Below the pieces are notes generated by a model. That model searched no databases, was not told the DNA's origin, and saw only the letters and a list, made by a program, of their open reading frames with translations. A stretch of DNA of 64,000 bases, taken from positions 2,240,001 through 2,304,000 of the forward strand of contig OZ254086.1 of NCBI GenBank assembly GCA_965267575.1. Direction: 5' to 3'. Each line of letters starts with the position of its first letter. Positions within the stretch are counted from its first letter, which is position 1. Shown here piece after piece: positions 11,001-19,536 of this stretch. The stretch comes from Calditrichales bacterium (GTDB lineage: Bacteria > Calditrichota > Calditrichia > Calditrichales > J004). The position numbers and the translations under genes are program-made.

Positions 11001-11097
11001 CACGGACATGCTCCAGGCACAGTTCACGGATTTCGGCGCGAAAAGTCTCAAATAACCTGTTCTCAATCTGAGACATGGTTTTTATGCTCCGTCGCAA
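8077..11097 (-). CDS. Large helical protein with C-terminal P-loop NTPase (AAA+/STAND-like) and probable winged-helix domain
   Basis: ~620-aa helical N-terminus, Walker A GEKGSGKT, Walker B-like IVLLEN, SEGN-like AEGNISIAL, wHTH-like C-terminus. Confidence 0.75.
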   Translation of the reverse strand: MRRSIKTMSQIENRLFETFRAEIRELCLEHVRGGAAALWQNLEKFHKALAPLAELHASGKNEDTRRQSEIWLEALRQLEAAIHETCGLLIEQGAPQPPDVLDIHFGGILEEIPAQHSEDYTSALFSARPDDDSYVRLRRFLLRRRIGWHALWHKKAVLQRSFETSPFIKFHLQRPVLEALWEYRQYLLQKTAQLLQHVENDWAMALTHSGLLPDENGNGGEADMATDLEPLRRQVQGFEELLREAEEDLGANIEKVFDEAREKWQKAASFAWPGRRFGRRRVYRRQILLQKMRTRYAQKWQEYWQAILGDWQTNLRLGFVTCNVASQWCVLRDSLDSIFTKNLYPPFEAVRNDLQQSLDDFNENMAQSKTDLRQQIVRRGREITRHLRRQHLPPLLDTINNSNPAKPLEEFEQILKHIPEEIPEKEIILKSEDLTMVPPRFETETINLRDLTENDVFIPALRRLTQVKKSVSELSQKLSREISEVDQVVDFNFESALAMLQKTRAKDDAVGKAAEICIEGLERAVGKVEDLSQLLERSAGETATAGKESAREIISRLLNLVDNAQIIDLKLRLVRARARERVREISRNSWTYFKRLLPLGLRYVRKGWKWLYGRYAEFRKLAGLETHARRVSEEATAFLLDTEDKIRSLPFVYQRLFRLEQTADSRFFAAREKEIRALAGGLEIWEKGQFACISIVGEKGSGKTSLLENSVAEVFEGYKLYNLVLDESLIDEKLFSDWLSKQLKLEKGAHSLEQLEEIIERWEQPRIVLLENIHHLFLRTTDGFDLLERFLLFISNTNPHIFWIASCSKYAWQYLDKLLNISDYFRHVVHLGDLPRRQIEEMIMKRHITSGYRLTLEVPEKMERKSEFRKLKSEEEKQSYLRDYFFDQLSDIAEGNISIALMLWQRSIVRFDDEEVIIDPDLDLDYTFLGQLPADKMFTLAAIMQHGAITEKQHAAIFRSNLQSSTLMLKSMADDGILIRADGRYDVHHYLYRHVVRQLKSLNFIH

Positions 11098-11195
11098 TTC
11101 AGATCATGTTTATAGTGTTGTGAAGGACAAAATTTAGCCAAAAAAGTAGTTTTGTACACTATTAATCTTTTGACTTAAAAGCAAAGGTCGACGGA

Positions 11196-12266
11196 TTACG
11201 CGTCTGAGGGCTGCAGCTCCAGGTCTTCCTTGCGCGCCCAGCTTGCCAGGGCTTCAATCCAGGCCTCGTGCTCGTTCATGCAGGGAATCATGCGGAATTC
11301 CTCACCGCCGTGTTCAAGGAACGTTTCTTTGCCGCCCATGCCGATCTCTTCCAGGGTTTCCAGGCAATCGGAAACAAAGGCCGGGCAGATTACAAGAAGT
11401 TTTTTAATACCTTCTTTTGCAAGCCTGGCGATCGTTTCATCGGTAAAGGGCGTTAGCCAGGGATCCTTGCCCAGGCGCGATTGAAAGGCGACGGAATATT
11501 TGGATTTATCCAGCTTAAAATGCTCGGCGAAGAGCTGCGTGGTGCGGAAGCACTGGTGTCGGTAACACACCTCATGGGCCGGGGATGGCGTGAAGCAGCA
11601 ATTTTCCACTTTAAGGCAGTGGGCGCCGGTGGGGTCGCTTTTACGCAAATGGCGCTCCGGCAGGCCGTGGTAGCTGAACAGCAAATAATCATAATCACTT
11701 TCCAGCCACGGCTTGGCACTTTCGGTTAATGCCTTCATATAAAGCGGGTGCTGGTAGTAGGGTTTAATAATATTTAGCGCGATTGTTTTTTTGCGACCGC
11801 GCAGATCATTTTTAACTGCTTCCACAACAGATTCAAAGGTCGACATGGCGTAATGCGGGTACATGGGAATCAACAAAATTTCTTCAATATCCGGCTTTTG
11901 TTGCAGGATTTCGTCGATGCCTGCTTTTATGGACGGTTTGCGATAGCTCATGCCCAGTCCCACCGGTACATCAACTTTTTTCTGCAAAAGCTCTTTTACA
12001 GCGTAACTTGTCACAATCAACGGGGAACCTTCTTTGGTCCAGATCTTTTCATAAGCTTCCGCCGATTGTTTTGGGCGAAAAGGCAGAATAAAGGCGCCGA
12101 CAATAAAGCGCCTGAGTAAATAAGGATAGTCGAAAACGCGTTTATCCATTAAGAACTCGTCAAGATACCGTCGAACATCTTTGACTTTCGTGGAATCCGG
12201 TGAGCCGAGATTGACCAATAAAACACCATATGACTTTTGCACAATATTCTCCGATCCGTATTTCAT
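11196..12266 (-). CDS. hemH: Protoporphyrin ferrochelatase
   Basis: LLVNLGSP, FSYHGLP, FQSRLG..WLTP, FVSDCLETLEEI. Confidence 0.95.
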   Translation of the reverse strand: MKYGSENIVQKSYGVLLVNLGSPDSTKVKDVRRYLDEFLMDKRVFDYPYLLRRFIVGAFILPFRPKQSAEAYEKIWTKEGSPLIVTSYAVKELLQKKVDVPVGLGMSYRKPSIKAGIDEILQQKPDIEEILLIPMYPHYAMSTFESVVEAVKNDLRGRKKTIALNIIKPYYQHPLYMKALTESAKPWLESDYDYLLFSYHGLPERHLRKSDPTGAHCLKVENCCFTPSPAHEVCYRHQCFRTTQLFAEHFKLDKSKYSVAFQSRLGKDPWLTPFTDETIARLAKEGIKKLLVICPAFVSDCLETLEEIGMGGKETFLEHGGEEFRMIPCMNEHEAWIEALASWARKEDLELQPSDA

Positions 12267-12392
12267 GTTTTCAAACGAACATTTAAGGTAAATTGCGAAT
12301 TATAAAGATTCAAAAAAACGTTTTAAAAGTGGTTTGGATGAAGCATTTTACTTTGTATATTGTGTACTAATTTTGATATCTTGTGAGGCATA

Positions 12393-13217
12393 ATGATATA
12401 CCTGATCAGCCTGGGAAATGTATTGCTGCCGCTGCTGTATTTGCTGGCCTTGATTTTATACGGATTGTACTTCTTCCGCAACGACAAATCCCTGGAACCC
12501 TACCTGTCGCCCTTGTTGCGCATTACCGTTCTGATCCACTTTGCCGAGGTGGTTTTCAGGGGCATCTACTTCAGCCATTTCCCGATGGCCGGCATTTTTG
12601 AAGCGGCCACCGTTATGGCCCTGGCCATTGCCGTCATCTATCTCTATATCGAAACGCGCATCAAGGAAAAATCGACGGGCTATTTTATTTTACTTCTGGT
12701 CTTTTCGCTGCAACTTATCTCGTCCGCATTCATCGATTTTGTTGATGATATACCGGAGATTCTGAACAATCCCCTTTTTATTTTTCATACCAGCGCGGCG
12801 ATACTGGGTTATACCGGCCTGGCTATTTCGGCGCTATACAGCGTAATGTATCTTTTGCTTTTTAAGGAGATTAAAAAGAAACGTTTTGGATTGATTTATT
12901 CCCGTATGCCCTCTCTTGCCGTGCTCGAGGAAATGATGATGAAAGCGGCGTGGCTTGGTATCGGCTTTTTAACGCTGGCAATCCTGCTTGGTATCTACTG
13001 GAGTTTTGAGATTTTCGGAACATTTGTCTACAGCGATAGCAAGATTATCATCGCGCTGATTACGTGGGTTTTTTATATGGTGGGTATGCTGGTAAAAAAA
13101 TACCGCAGCATTTCGGGTAAAAAGGTCGCCATGATTTCACTCTCCGGTTTTTCGTTGATTGTGGTCTCATTGCTGGCCGTTAACCTGTTTTTTCAATCGT
13201 TCCATAAATTCTATTAA
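12393..13217 (+). CDS. CcsA/HemX-family membrane protein (cytochrome c assembly domain)
   Basis: About 8 TM helices, FHT, PSL.LE, G..W, D.K motifs; directly upstream of hemA. Confidence 0.85.
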   Translation: MIYLISLGNVLLPLLYLLALILYGLYFFRNDKSLEPYLSPLLRITVLIHFAEVVFRGIYFSHFPMAGIFEAATVMALAIAVIYLYIETRIKEKSTGYFILLLVFSLQLISSAFIDFVDDIPEILNNPLFIFHTSAAILGYTGLAISALYSVMYLLLFKEIKKKRFGLIYSRMPSLAVLEEMMMKAAWLGIGFLTLAILLGIYWSFEIFGTFVYSDSKIIIALITWVFYMVGMLVKKYRSISGKKVAMISLSGFSLIVVSLLAVNLFFQSFHKFY

Positions 13218-13221
13218 TACC

Positions 13222-14508
13222 ATGAGCGAGAAACTTTTCGAAACTTATATGTTCGGCATCAGCCATAAGGTGGCCGCGGTAGATCTGCGCGATAAAGCCT
13301 CCTTTACGCCCGCCGATATTCCGGCCGCGCTGGAGCTGCTGAACGGACGTTTCCATTTTGCGGAAAGCCTGATCCTCTCCACCTGCAACCGCACGGAAAT
13401 CTATGCCATTGCCGAGGCCGGACGCATTACACGCAGGGAATTTGAGACATTCTTCAGGGAGCAGAAGCCGCAGATCAGCGAAGACGAGTTGCAGAAATTC
13501 TACTTCGAGAACGGGCCCGACGCCATCCGCCATCTGTTCCGCGTCGTGTCAGGCGTGGAGTCGATGATATTGGGTGAACCGCAGATCCAGGGACAGGTAA
13601 AGGATGCACACAAGATTGCCTTTAATGCCCACGCCAGCGGTAATTTTCTGAACAAGCTTTTTAATATGGCTGTGGTGGTCGGCAAACGCGTCCGTACGGA
13701 AACCGACCTGTGCAAAGGCGCGGTAAGCGTGGCCTTTGCCGCCGTGGAGCTGGCAGAAAAGATTTTCAAAGATCTCTCTAACAAGCGTGTACTGTTGATC
13801 GGCAGCGGGGAAACGGGCACGCTGGTGGCCCGCAACCTGCAGGACAAAGGCGTCAGCCAGATCACCATCACGAACCGCACGGCATCCAAGGCGCAGAACC
13901 TGGCGCGTGAGCTTAACGGGCTCTCCATGGATTTTGCGGCATTCAAAAAAGCGCTGCCTTTGTTCGATGTGATCATCGGTTCCACAGGCGCGCCGCACAC
14001 GGTTCTTAACGCCAAGGACCTGGCCGAAACACAGCATATGCGTCGTTCCCGTCCGCTGATATTGATTGACATTGCCGCCCCTCGTGACTTTGACCCGGAC
14101 ATCAACGAACTGGAAAATCTTTTTCTGTACAACATCGACGATCTGCAAAATATCATCTCGCTTAATCTGGAAATGCGCCGCAAGGAACTGCCCCAGGTGG
14201 AAAAAATTATCAAGGAAGAGATCGCCCATTATTTTGAATGGAAAACGCAATTGCGCGTTACCCCGACCATTGTGGCCTTGCGTGAAAAACTGGAAGATAT
14301 TCGCCATGCCGAACTGGAAAAAATGCTATCTAAGCTGAGCGATGATGAAAAAGAACATGTAGAACGCATTACGCGTGGTATTGTAAATAAAATATTGCAT
14401 GAGCCCATGATCCACCTGCGCGCCTTTACCAACGGTAACACGGATGGCTATATGAAGGTGGACGTGGTGCGCGAATTATTTGGATTGGACAAGGATGAAA
14501 AAAGTTAA
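13222..14508 (+). CDS. hemA: Glutamyl-tRNA reductase
   Basis: LSTCNRTE, GEPQIQGQVK, IGSGE, DIAAPRD. Confidence 0.96.
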   Translation: MSEKLFETYMFGISHKVAAVDLRDKASFTPADIPAALELLNGRFHFAESLILSTCNRTEIYAIAEAGRITRREFETFFREQKPQISEDELQKFYFENGPDAIRHLFRVVSGVESMILGEPQIQGQVKDAHKIAFNAHASGNFLNKLFNMAVVVGKRVRTETDLCKGAVSVAFAAVELAEKIFKDLSNKRVLLIGSGETGTLVARNLQDKGVSQITITNRTASKAQNLARELNGLSMDFAAFKKALPLFDVIIGSTGAPHTVLNAKDLAETQHMRRSRPLILIDIAAPRDFDPDINELENLFLYNIDDLQNIISLNLEMRRKELPQVEKIIKEEIAHYFEWKTQLRVTPTIVALREKLEDIRHAELEKMLSKLSDDEKEHVERITRGIVNKILHEPMIHLRAFTNGNTDGYMKVDVVRELFGLDKDEKS

Positions 14509-15424
14509 AATCGGAACCCGCCGCAGCGAGCTGGCCCTGTGGCAAAGCCATTGGGTAGAACGCGAACTCAAGAAAGCTTACCCTGAACTGACCATTGAAT
14601 TAAAAAAAATACAAACCATGGGTGACAAGATACTTGACACGCCACTTGCCAAAATCGGCTCCAAGGGTTTGTTTACTAAAGAACTGGACCGTGCGTTGCT
14701 GAACCGCGATGTGGATTTGGCGGTGCACAGCATGAAAGACGTGCCCACCGAGCTGCCGGAAGGATTGGTGATTACAGCCGTGACGGAACGCTGGGACACG
14801 CACGATGTGTTGATTCCACGCAACGGCGGCGGCGAAGAACTTTTTAACGGTAAACGCACCATCGCCACCGGCAGCCTCAGGCGTCGCGCGCAGCTTTTAC
14901 ATCACAACCCCGAGTTCAACATTATTGATATCCGCGGCAACCTGAACACGCGTTTGAAGAAACTGCAGGAATCGGATTGGGACGGTATGATTCTGGCCAA
15001 GGCCGGTGTGGAACGTTTAGGCTGGGATGATGTGCCCAAGGTGGAAATCCCGTTTGATATTATGCTTCCGGCGGTGGGACAGGGCAGTTTTGCCATTGTT
15101 TGCCGCGAGGATAACGCAGAAGTTCGCGAGCTGCTGGCACGTCTGGATGATGAGGCGTCGCGGATTGGCATTGAGGCCGAGCGCGCCTTATTGCGTGCTT
15201 TTGGCGGTGGCTGCCAGATGCCTTTGGGCGCGCGCGGTACAGTTGAAGGTGACATGTTAAAATTGGAGGGTTGTATCGCCCATCCCGATGGCAGCACGTT
15301 GTTGCGTGATACGGTGACGGTTAAAAAGAGTGACGCGGCGCAGGCCGGGCAAAAGCTGGCGGAAATGTTAATGGGCCGTGGCGGCGACGCCATCATGCGC
15401 TACGTGGACAGTTTAGCGGATTGA
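14495..15424 (+). CDS. hemC: Porphobilinogen deaminase
   Basis: GTRRSELALWQ, KGLFTKEL, VHSMKDVP, GGCQMPLG. Confidence 0.96.
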   Translation: MKKVKIGTRRSELALWQSHWVERELKKAYPELTIELKKIQTMGDKILDTPLAKIGSKGLFTKELDRALLNRDVDLAVHSMKDVPTELPEGLVITAVTERWDTHDVLIPRNGGGEELFNGKRTIATGSLRRRAQLLHHNPEFNIIDIRGNLNTRLKKLQESDWDGMILAKAGVERLGWDDVPKVEIPFDIMLPAVGQGSFAIVCREDNAEVRELLARLDDEASRIGIEAERALLRAFGGGCQMPLGARGTVEGDMLKLEGCIAHPDGSTLLRDTVTVKKSDAAQAGQKLAEMLMGRGGDAIMRYVDSLAD

Positions 15425-15436
15425 TTTTTTCCGTGG

Positions 15437-15786
15437 GCTGTAGTTTCACCCCTTCGGGGTTGGATAAGGTTTATGGGTGGCAAATGCTATAATCCTTTCA
15501 CGCCTTCGGCGTTTGGTATAAGCGTAAGCAAAGATACATAAATGATCGTGCAAGTGTGTCGGGCTTTTAAAGATACTCCGGAGCTTTGGGTGGGGTCTAA
15601 TTTAAACCCTTTTAGGGTTGGGAGAAGTTAAAAACTATATTCATTTCACTGCTTTGGCTTTTTGGTGTACGGACTTATAAGAATTATGCTCAACCGAGAC
15701 GGCTATTGAATCCCGAAGGGATGAGATGATTATAGCAAAGCGAACCAAACAATAGATGAAACCCCGAAGGGGTGTCATTATTTAGC
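15437..15786. repeat. REP-like palindrome cluster (consensus ~gctataatcatntcaCCCCTTCGGGGttt)
   Basis: Plus-strand copies at 15437-15461 and 15486-15514, degenerate copies near 15597-15620 and 15635-15662, inverted copies at 15708-15736 and 15758-15786. Confidence 0.85.
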
Positions 15787-15806
15787 ATACTCTTAAGGAG
15801 ATGACG

Positions 15807-16268
15807 GTGGCGGGCACCTATTCCAGGATTTATATCCAGGCGGTATTTTGCGTTCAGGACAGAAGCTGCCTTTTACGCCACGAGTGGAGAACGGAAATCT
15901 TTAAATACATGAGCGGCATCATAACCAACAAAGGCCACAAGGCGATCATTGTAAATGGCGTTGAAGACCACGTTCATGCCTTCTTTGGCTTAAAGCCATC
16001 GGCGGCCGTTTCGGACCTGGTGCGTGATATCAAAAACAACTCATCGCGATTTATCAATGAAAATCAGTGGCTTAGGGGCAAGTTTAGCTGGCAGCAAGGA
16101 TACGGCGCGTTCTCTTATGCGCATTCGCAACTGGACGCGGTTTATAATTACGTTTTAAATCAGGAAGCGCATCATAAAAAGCGCAGCTTTCGCGAAGAGT
16201 ATCAGGAGTTGCTAAAAAAATTTGATGTTGAATATGAACCGGAACATCTATTTAATTGGATTAATTGA
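15807..16268 (+). mobile_element. tnpA: IS200/IS605-family Y1 HUH transposase, REP-associated (RAYT-like); no tnpB
   Basis: HUH motif DHVH, WQQGY, catalytic Y..NQ (YVLNQ); GTG 15807 fits RBS AAGGAG spacing (ATG 15801 alternative). Confidence 0.88.
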
Positions 16269-16271
16269 TCA

Positions 16272-16994
16272 TTGAAAATTTTGATTTTGCGTGGCGAAGA
16301 AGAATCGCCTGGATGGCGGGAGCATCTCACAAAGGCCGGCATACACTCTACCTTTTTGCAGACTTTAAAAACAGAACCGCTCGCGGATGAGTCAATTCAA
16401 AAAATTGCCGCGCGTTTACAAACCACGCCCGAGGCCTGGCTGGTCTTAAGCAGCAGCCGCGGCGTAGAAGCGTGGAAGAAATGGCACCCGGGCAAAGGGC
16501 AGTTACCGCACAAACTGGCCGCTGTAGGGCAAAAAACGGCGGAAGCCTGCAAAAGCCGGCTGGCAGTACAGCCACGTATCCAAAGTGATACACTGCAGGA
16601 TTGCCTGATAGCTATTGCCGCTAATGATGCCGGCGCCCGCGTCATCAGTTTGACCAGTGACAAGGGTGTAAAAACGATCCAACCTGATGTACCGCCGGGA
16701 ATGTACTTTGAACGCCACGCCATTTATACGACATCTTTTGTTGAGCATGATCCGCTGCACGTAAAAAAACTCGCTTCAGAGAATTTTGACTTTTGTCTTT
16801 TTACAAGTCCCAGTACATTTGGGGCTCTCAAAAAACGGCCTGAACTGATGCGGCATATCGAAAGCGGCCGTTGGAAAATAGCCGCCTGGGGTGATACCAC
16901 GGCAGATTATATTAAAGAACAGGGAGTGCCGGTGGCTCTTGTGCCTCCGCGCCCGGAGTTGGATACACTGATTAAAGCATTGTTGAATTATTGA
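16272..16994 (+). CDS. hemD: Uroporphyrinogen-III synthase
   Basis: LSSSRGV, AAVGQKTA, FTSPS, GDTTA motifs; TTG start; operon position. Confidence 0.8.
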   Translation: MKILILRGEEESPGWREHLTKAGIHSTFLQTLKTEPLADESIQKIAARLQTTPEAWLVLSSSRGVEAWKKWHPGKGQLPHKLAAVGQKTAEACKSRLAVQPRIQSDTLQDCLIAIAANDAGARVISLTSDKGVKTIQPDVPPGMYFERHAIYTTSFVEHDPLHVKKLASENFDFCLFTSPSTFGALKKRPELMRHIESGRWKIAAWGDTTADYIKEQGVPVALVPPRPELDTLIKALLNY

Positions 16995-17064
16995 GTGGGT
17001 GAATGGATGTGGCCTAGTGTCTCATTGACCCATTTAATAATTCAAAAAAAGAAAGAGGACTACA

Positions 17065-18111
17065 TTGAAAAATCATTTGTTTATTGATGCCTGTTTTGGC
17101 CGGCCCGTGGATCGTGCGCCTGTATGGATGATGCGCCAGGCCGGACGCTACCTGCCGGAATACCGCGCTATCCGCAAAAAGCATAGCTTTATAGAAATGT
17201 ATAAATCGCCGGAGTTGGCGACCGAAGTAACGCTGCAGCCGATCGATATCGTTGGTGCCGATGCCGCTATCTTGTTTTCGGACATTTTAGTGATACCGGA
17301 AGCGATGGGTATGGCGCTGGAATTTCATGAAGGGCGCGGACCCGTATTGCCGCAGCCGTTGCGTGATGAAAAAGCCATCGACGGATTGGAAACGAGCGAT
17401 GTCGCAGGTAATCTCACTTTTGTCTACGATGCTATCAAAATGTTGCGTCGCGAGCTCAACGAGCGGGTGCCGTTAATCGGTTTCAGCGGGGCCCCGTGGA
17501 CGCTGGCTACCTACATGGTAGAAGGCGGTGGTTCCAAAAATTACAAAAACGTAAAAGGCATGCGTTTCGCCCGCCCGGACCTCCTGGAAAAGCTTTTAGA
17601 CAAACTGGGTGACGCAGTTGTGGCCTATTGCAAGGCGCAGATTGAGGCCGGCGCGCAGGCCATCCAGCTGTTTGATTCATGGGCCGGCAACCTGGATGCC
17701 GAGGGCTACCTGACCTACATCCTGCCGCGCATCAAAAAAACAATCGCCGGGATAAAAACTGACAACGTGCCCGTTATATACTTTGCCCGTGGCGCAATGC
17801 ACTTGCTGGATGAAGTGTCACAATGTGGTGCGGACGTGGTTGGCATTGACTGGTCGATCACATCTTCGGCGGCGAAAGAGGCCGTCGCAGGCCGCTGTGC
17901 TGTGCAGGGTAACCTGGACCCAACAGCACTTTACGCCGGGCCGGATGTGATCCGCAAAAACGTGCGCACGATGATCGAAGGCTTTAAAGGCAGCAAAGGT
18001 TATGTGGCCAACCTGGGACACGGGATTCTGCCGGATATCCCGGTGGAACACGCCAAAGCGTTTATTGCTTCGGTAAAAGAAGAGAGTGCGAAAATTTATA
18101 AGAATGTCTGA
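17065..18111 (+). CDS. hemE: Uroporphyrinogen decarboxylase
   Basis: PVWMMRQAGRYLPEY, FSDIL, QGNLDP, NLGHGI. Confidence 0.96.
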   Translation: MKNHLFIDACFGRPVDRAPVWMMRQAGRYLPEYRAIRKKHSFIEMYKSPELATEVTLQPIDIVGADAAILFSDILVIPEAMGMALEFHEGRGPVLPQPLRDEKAIDGLETSDVAGNLTFVYDAIKMLRRELNERVPLIGFSGAPWTLATYMVEGGGSKNYKNVKGMRFARPDLLEKLLDKLGDAVVAYCKAQIEAGAQAIQLFDSWAGNLDAEGYLTYILPRIKKTIAGIKTDNVPVIYFARGAMHLLDEVSQCGADVVGIDWSITSSAAKEAVAGRCAVQGNLDPTALYAGPDVIRKNVRTMIEGFKGSKGYVANLGHGILPDIPVEHAKAFIASVKEESAKIYKNV

Positions 18112-18144
18112 CATTCAAAATCCCAATCCGTGAGGACCCCCGCT

Positions 18145-19536
18145 ATGAGTTTAAAGTTTAATGTTGATACCGACCTGCTTAAAAAATATGACAGGCCCGG
18201 GCCGCGCTATACCAGCTATCCGACGGCGCCGCAGTTTCACCAGAATTTTAGCGCTTCCACCTATGAAGAGGAGCTGAAACGTTCTAACGCGGAAAAGCCC
18301 GGCGAGCCGATTTCGCTCTATTTCCACCTGCCGTTTTGCGACACGCTGTGCTACTTTTGTGGCTGCACCATGATCATCACGCGCAGCCGCGAGCGCATCG
18401 CCCATTATGTGGAGGTGCTCAAAAAAGAGATCGAGATGGTCAGCAGCCGCATCGACTCTTCGCGCAAGGTGGTGCAGTTGCACTGGGGCGGCGGCACACC
18501 CACCTACCTCAACCCGGATGAGATTGCCGACCTCATGGGCCACATCCACAACCATTTTAGCTTTGATGAAAAAGCCGAGATCAGTGTGGAAATTGATCCG
18601 CGTGGTTTGAGCGATGAACACCTGCCGGTCATGCGGGAGGCAGGCTTCAACCGTATGAGTATGGGCGTGCAGGACTTTAATGAAAAAGTGCAGAAGACCA
18701 TCAACCGCCTGCAGCCGGAGGCACTGACGCGGCGCATTTTGGAGCAGGGCCGCAAACTGGGCTATGAATCGATCAACCTGGATTTTATTTATGGCCTGCC
18801 TTACCAGACGCCGCAGACATTTGAATCGACGCTGGATACCATCCTGGACATCAATCCCGACCGCCTGGCGATGTTTAATTACGCCCATGTGCCGTGGTTG
18901 AAAAAACACCAGAATGTGATTCCAGAAAACGAACTGCCATCGGCGGATAACAAGCTGGCCATGCTCAAGATGATCATCGAGCGGCTGACCGAGAGCGGCT
19001 ACGTTTTTATCGGCATGGATCACTTTGCCAAGCCCGATGACCTGCTGAGCGTGGCTATGAACAATCATACCCTGCACAGAAACTTCCAGGGTTACACCAC
19101 CTACGCCGGCGCCGAAGTATTTGCCATGGGCATGTCATCAATCAGCCAGTTGTATAATTCGTTTGCCCAAAACCACAAGGATATAAAAACCTACGAAAAG
19201 GACGTGCAGGAAGGGCGTCTGCCAGTGCATGCCGGTTACCAGCTGGATGACGATGATAAGCTGCGCCGTTTTGTGATTATGGACCTGATGTGCAACAACA
19301 GGCTGATAAAAGAGGATGTGAACAAACGCTTTGGAATCGATTTTGACAGCTATTTTGCCGATGCGCTGGAAAAGCTGAAACCTTTTACCGAAGACAACCT
19401 GCTTGTTCTGGAAAAAGACCGCATTATTGTGAATAAGACCGGGCGGCTGGTTATCCGTAACATGGCGATGGCCTTTGACCGCTACCTGGAAAAAGACATG
19501 CAAAAGAATAAACCGCTTTACTCACGGACGGTGTAA
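18145..19536 (+). CDS. hemN: Oxygen-independent coproporphyrinogen III dehydrogenase (radical SAM)
   Basis: GPRYTSYPTA, CDTLCYFCGC, HWGGGTP, RNFQGY. Confidence 0.96.
   Translation: MSLKFNVDTDLLKKYDRPGPRYTSYPTAPQFHQNFSASTYEEELKRSNAEKPGEPISLYFHLPFCDTLCYFCGCTMIITRSRERIAHYVEVLKKEIEMVSSRIDSSRKVVQLHWGGGTPTYLNPDEIADLMGHIHNHFSFDEKAEISVEIDPRGLSDEHLPVMREAGFNRMSMGVQDFNEKVQKTINRLQPEALTRRILEQGRKLGYESINLDFIYGLPYQTPQTFESTLDTILDINPDRLAMFNYAHVPWLKKHQNVIPENELPSADNKLAMLKMIIERLTESGYVFIGMDHFAKPDDLLSVAMNNHTLHRNFQGYTTYAGAEVFAMGMSSISQLYNSFAQNHKDIKTYEKDVQEGRLPVHAGYQLDDDDKLRRFVIMDLMCNNRLIKEDVNKRFGIDFDSYFADALEKLKPFTEDNLLVLEKDRIIVNKTGRLVIRNMAMAFDRYLEKDMQKNKPLYSRTV

Noticed and set aside
15437-15786. Possible CRISPR array
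   Set aside because: Repeats are degenerate, in both orientations and irregularly spaced; no cas genes; fits REPs
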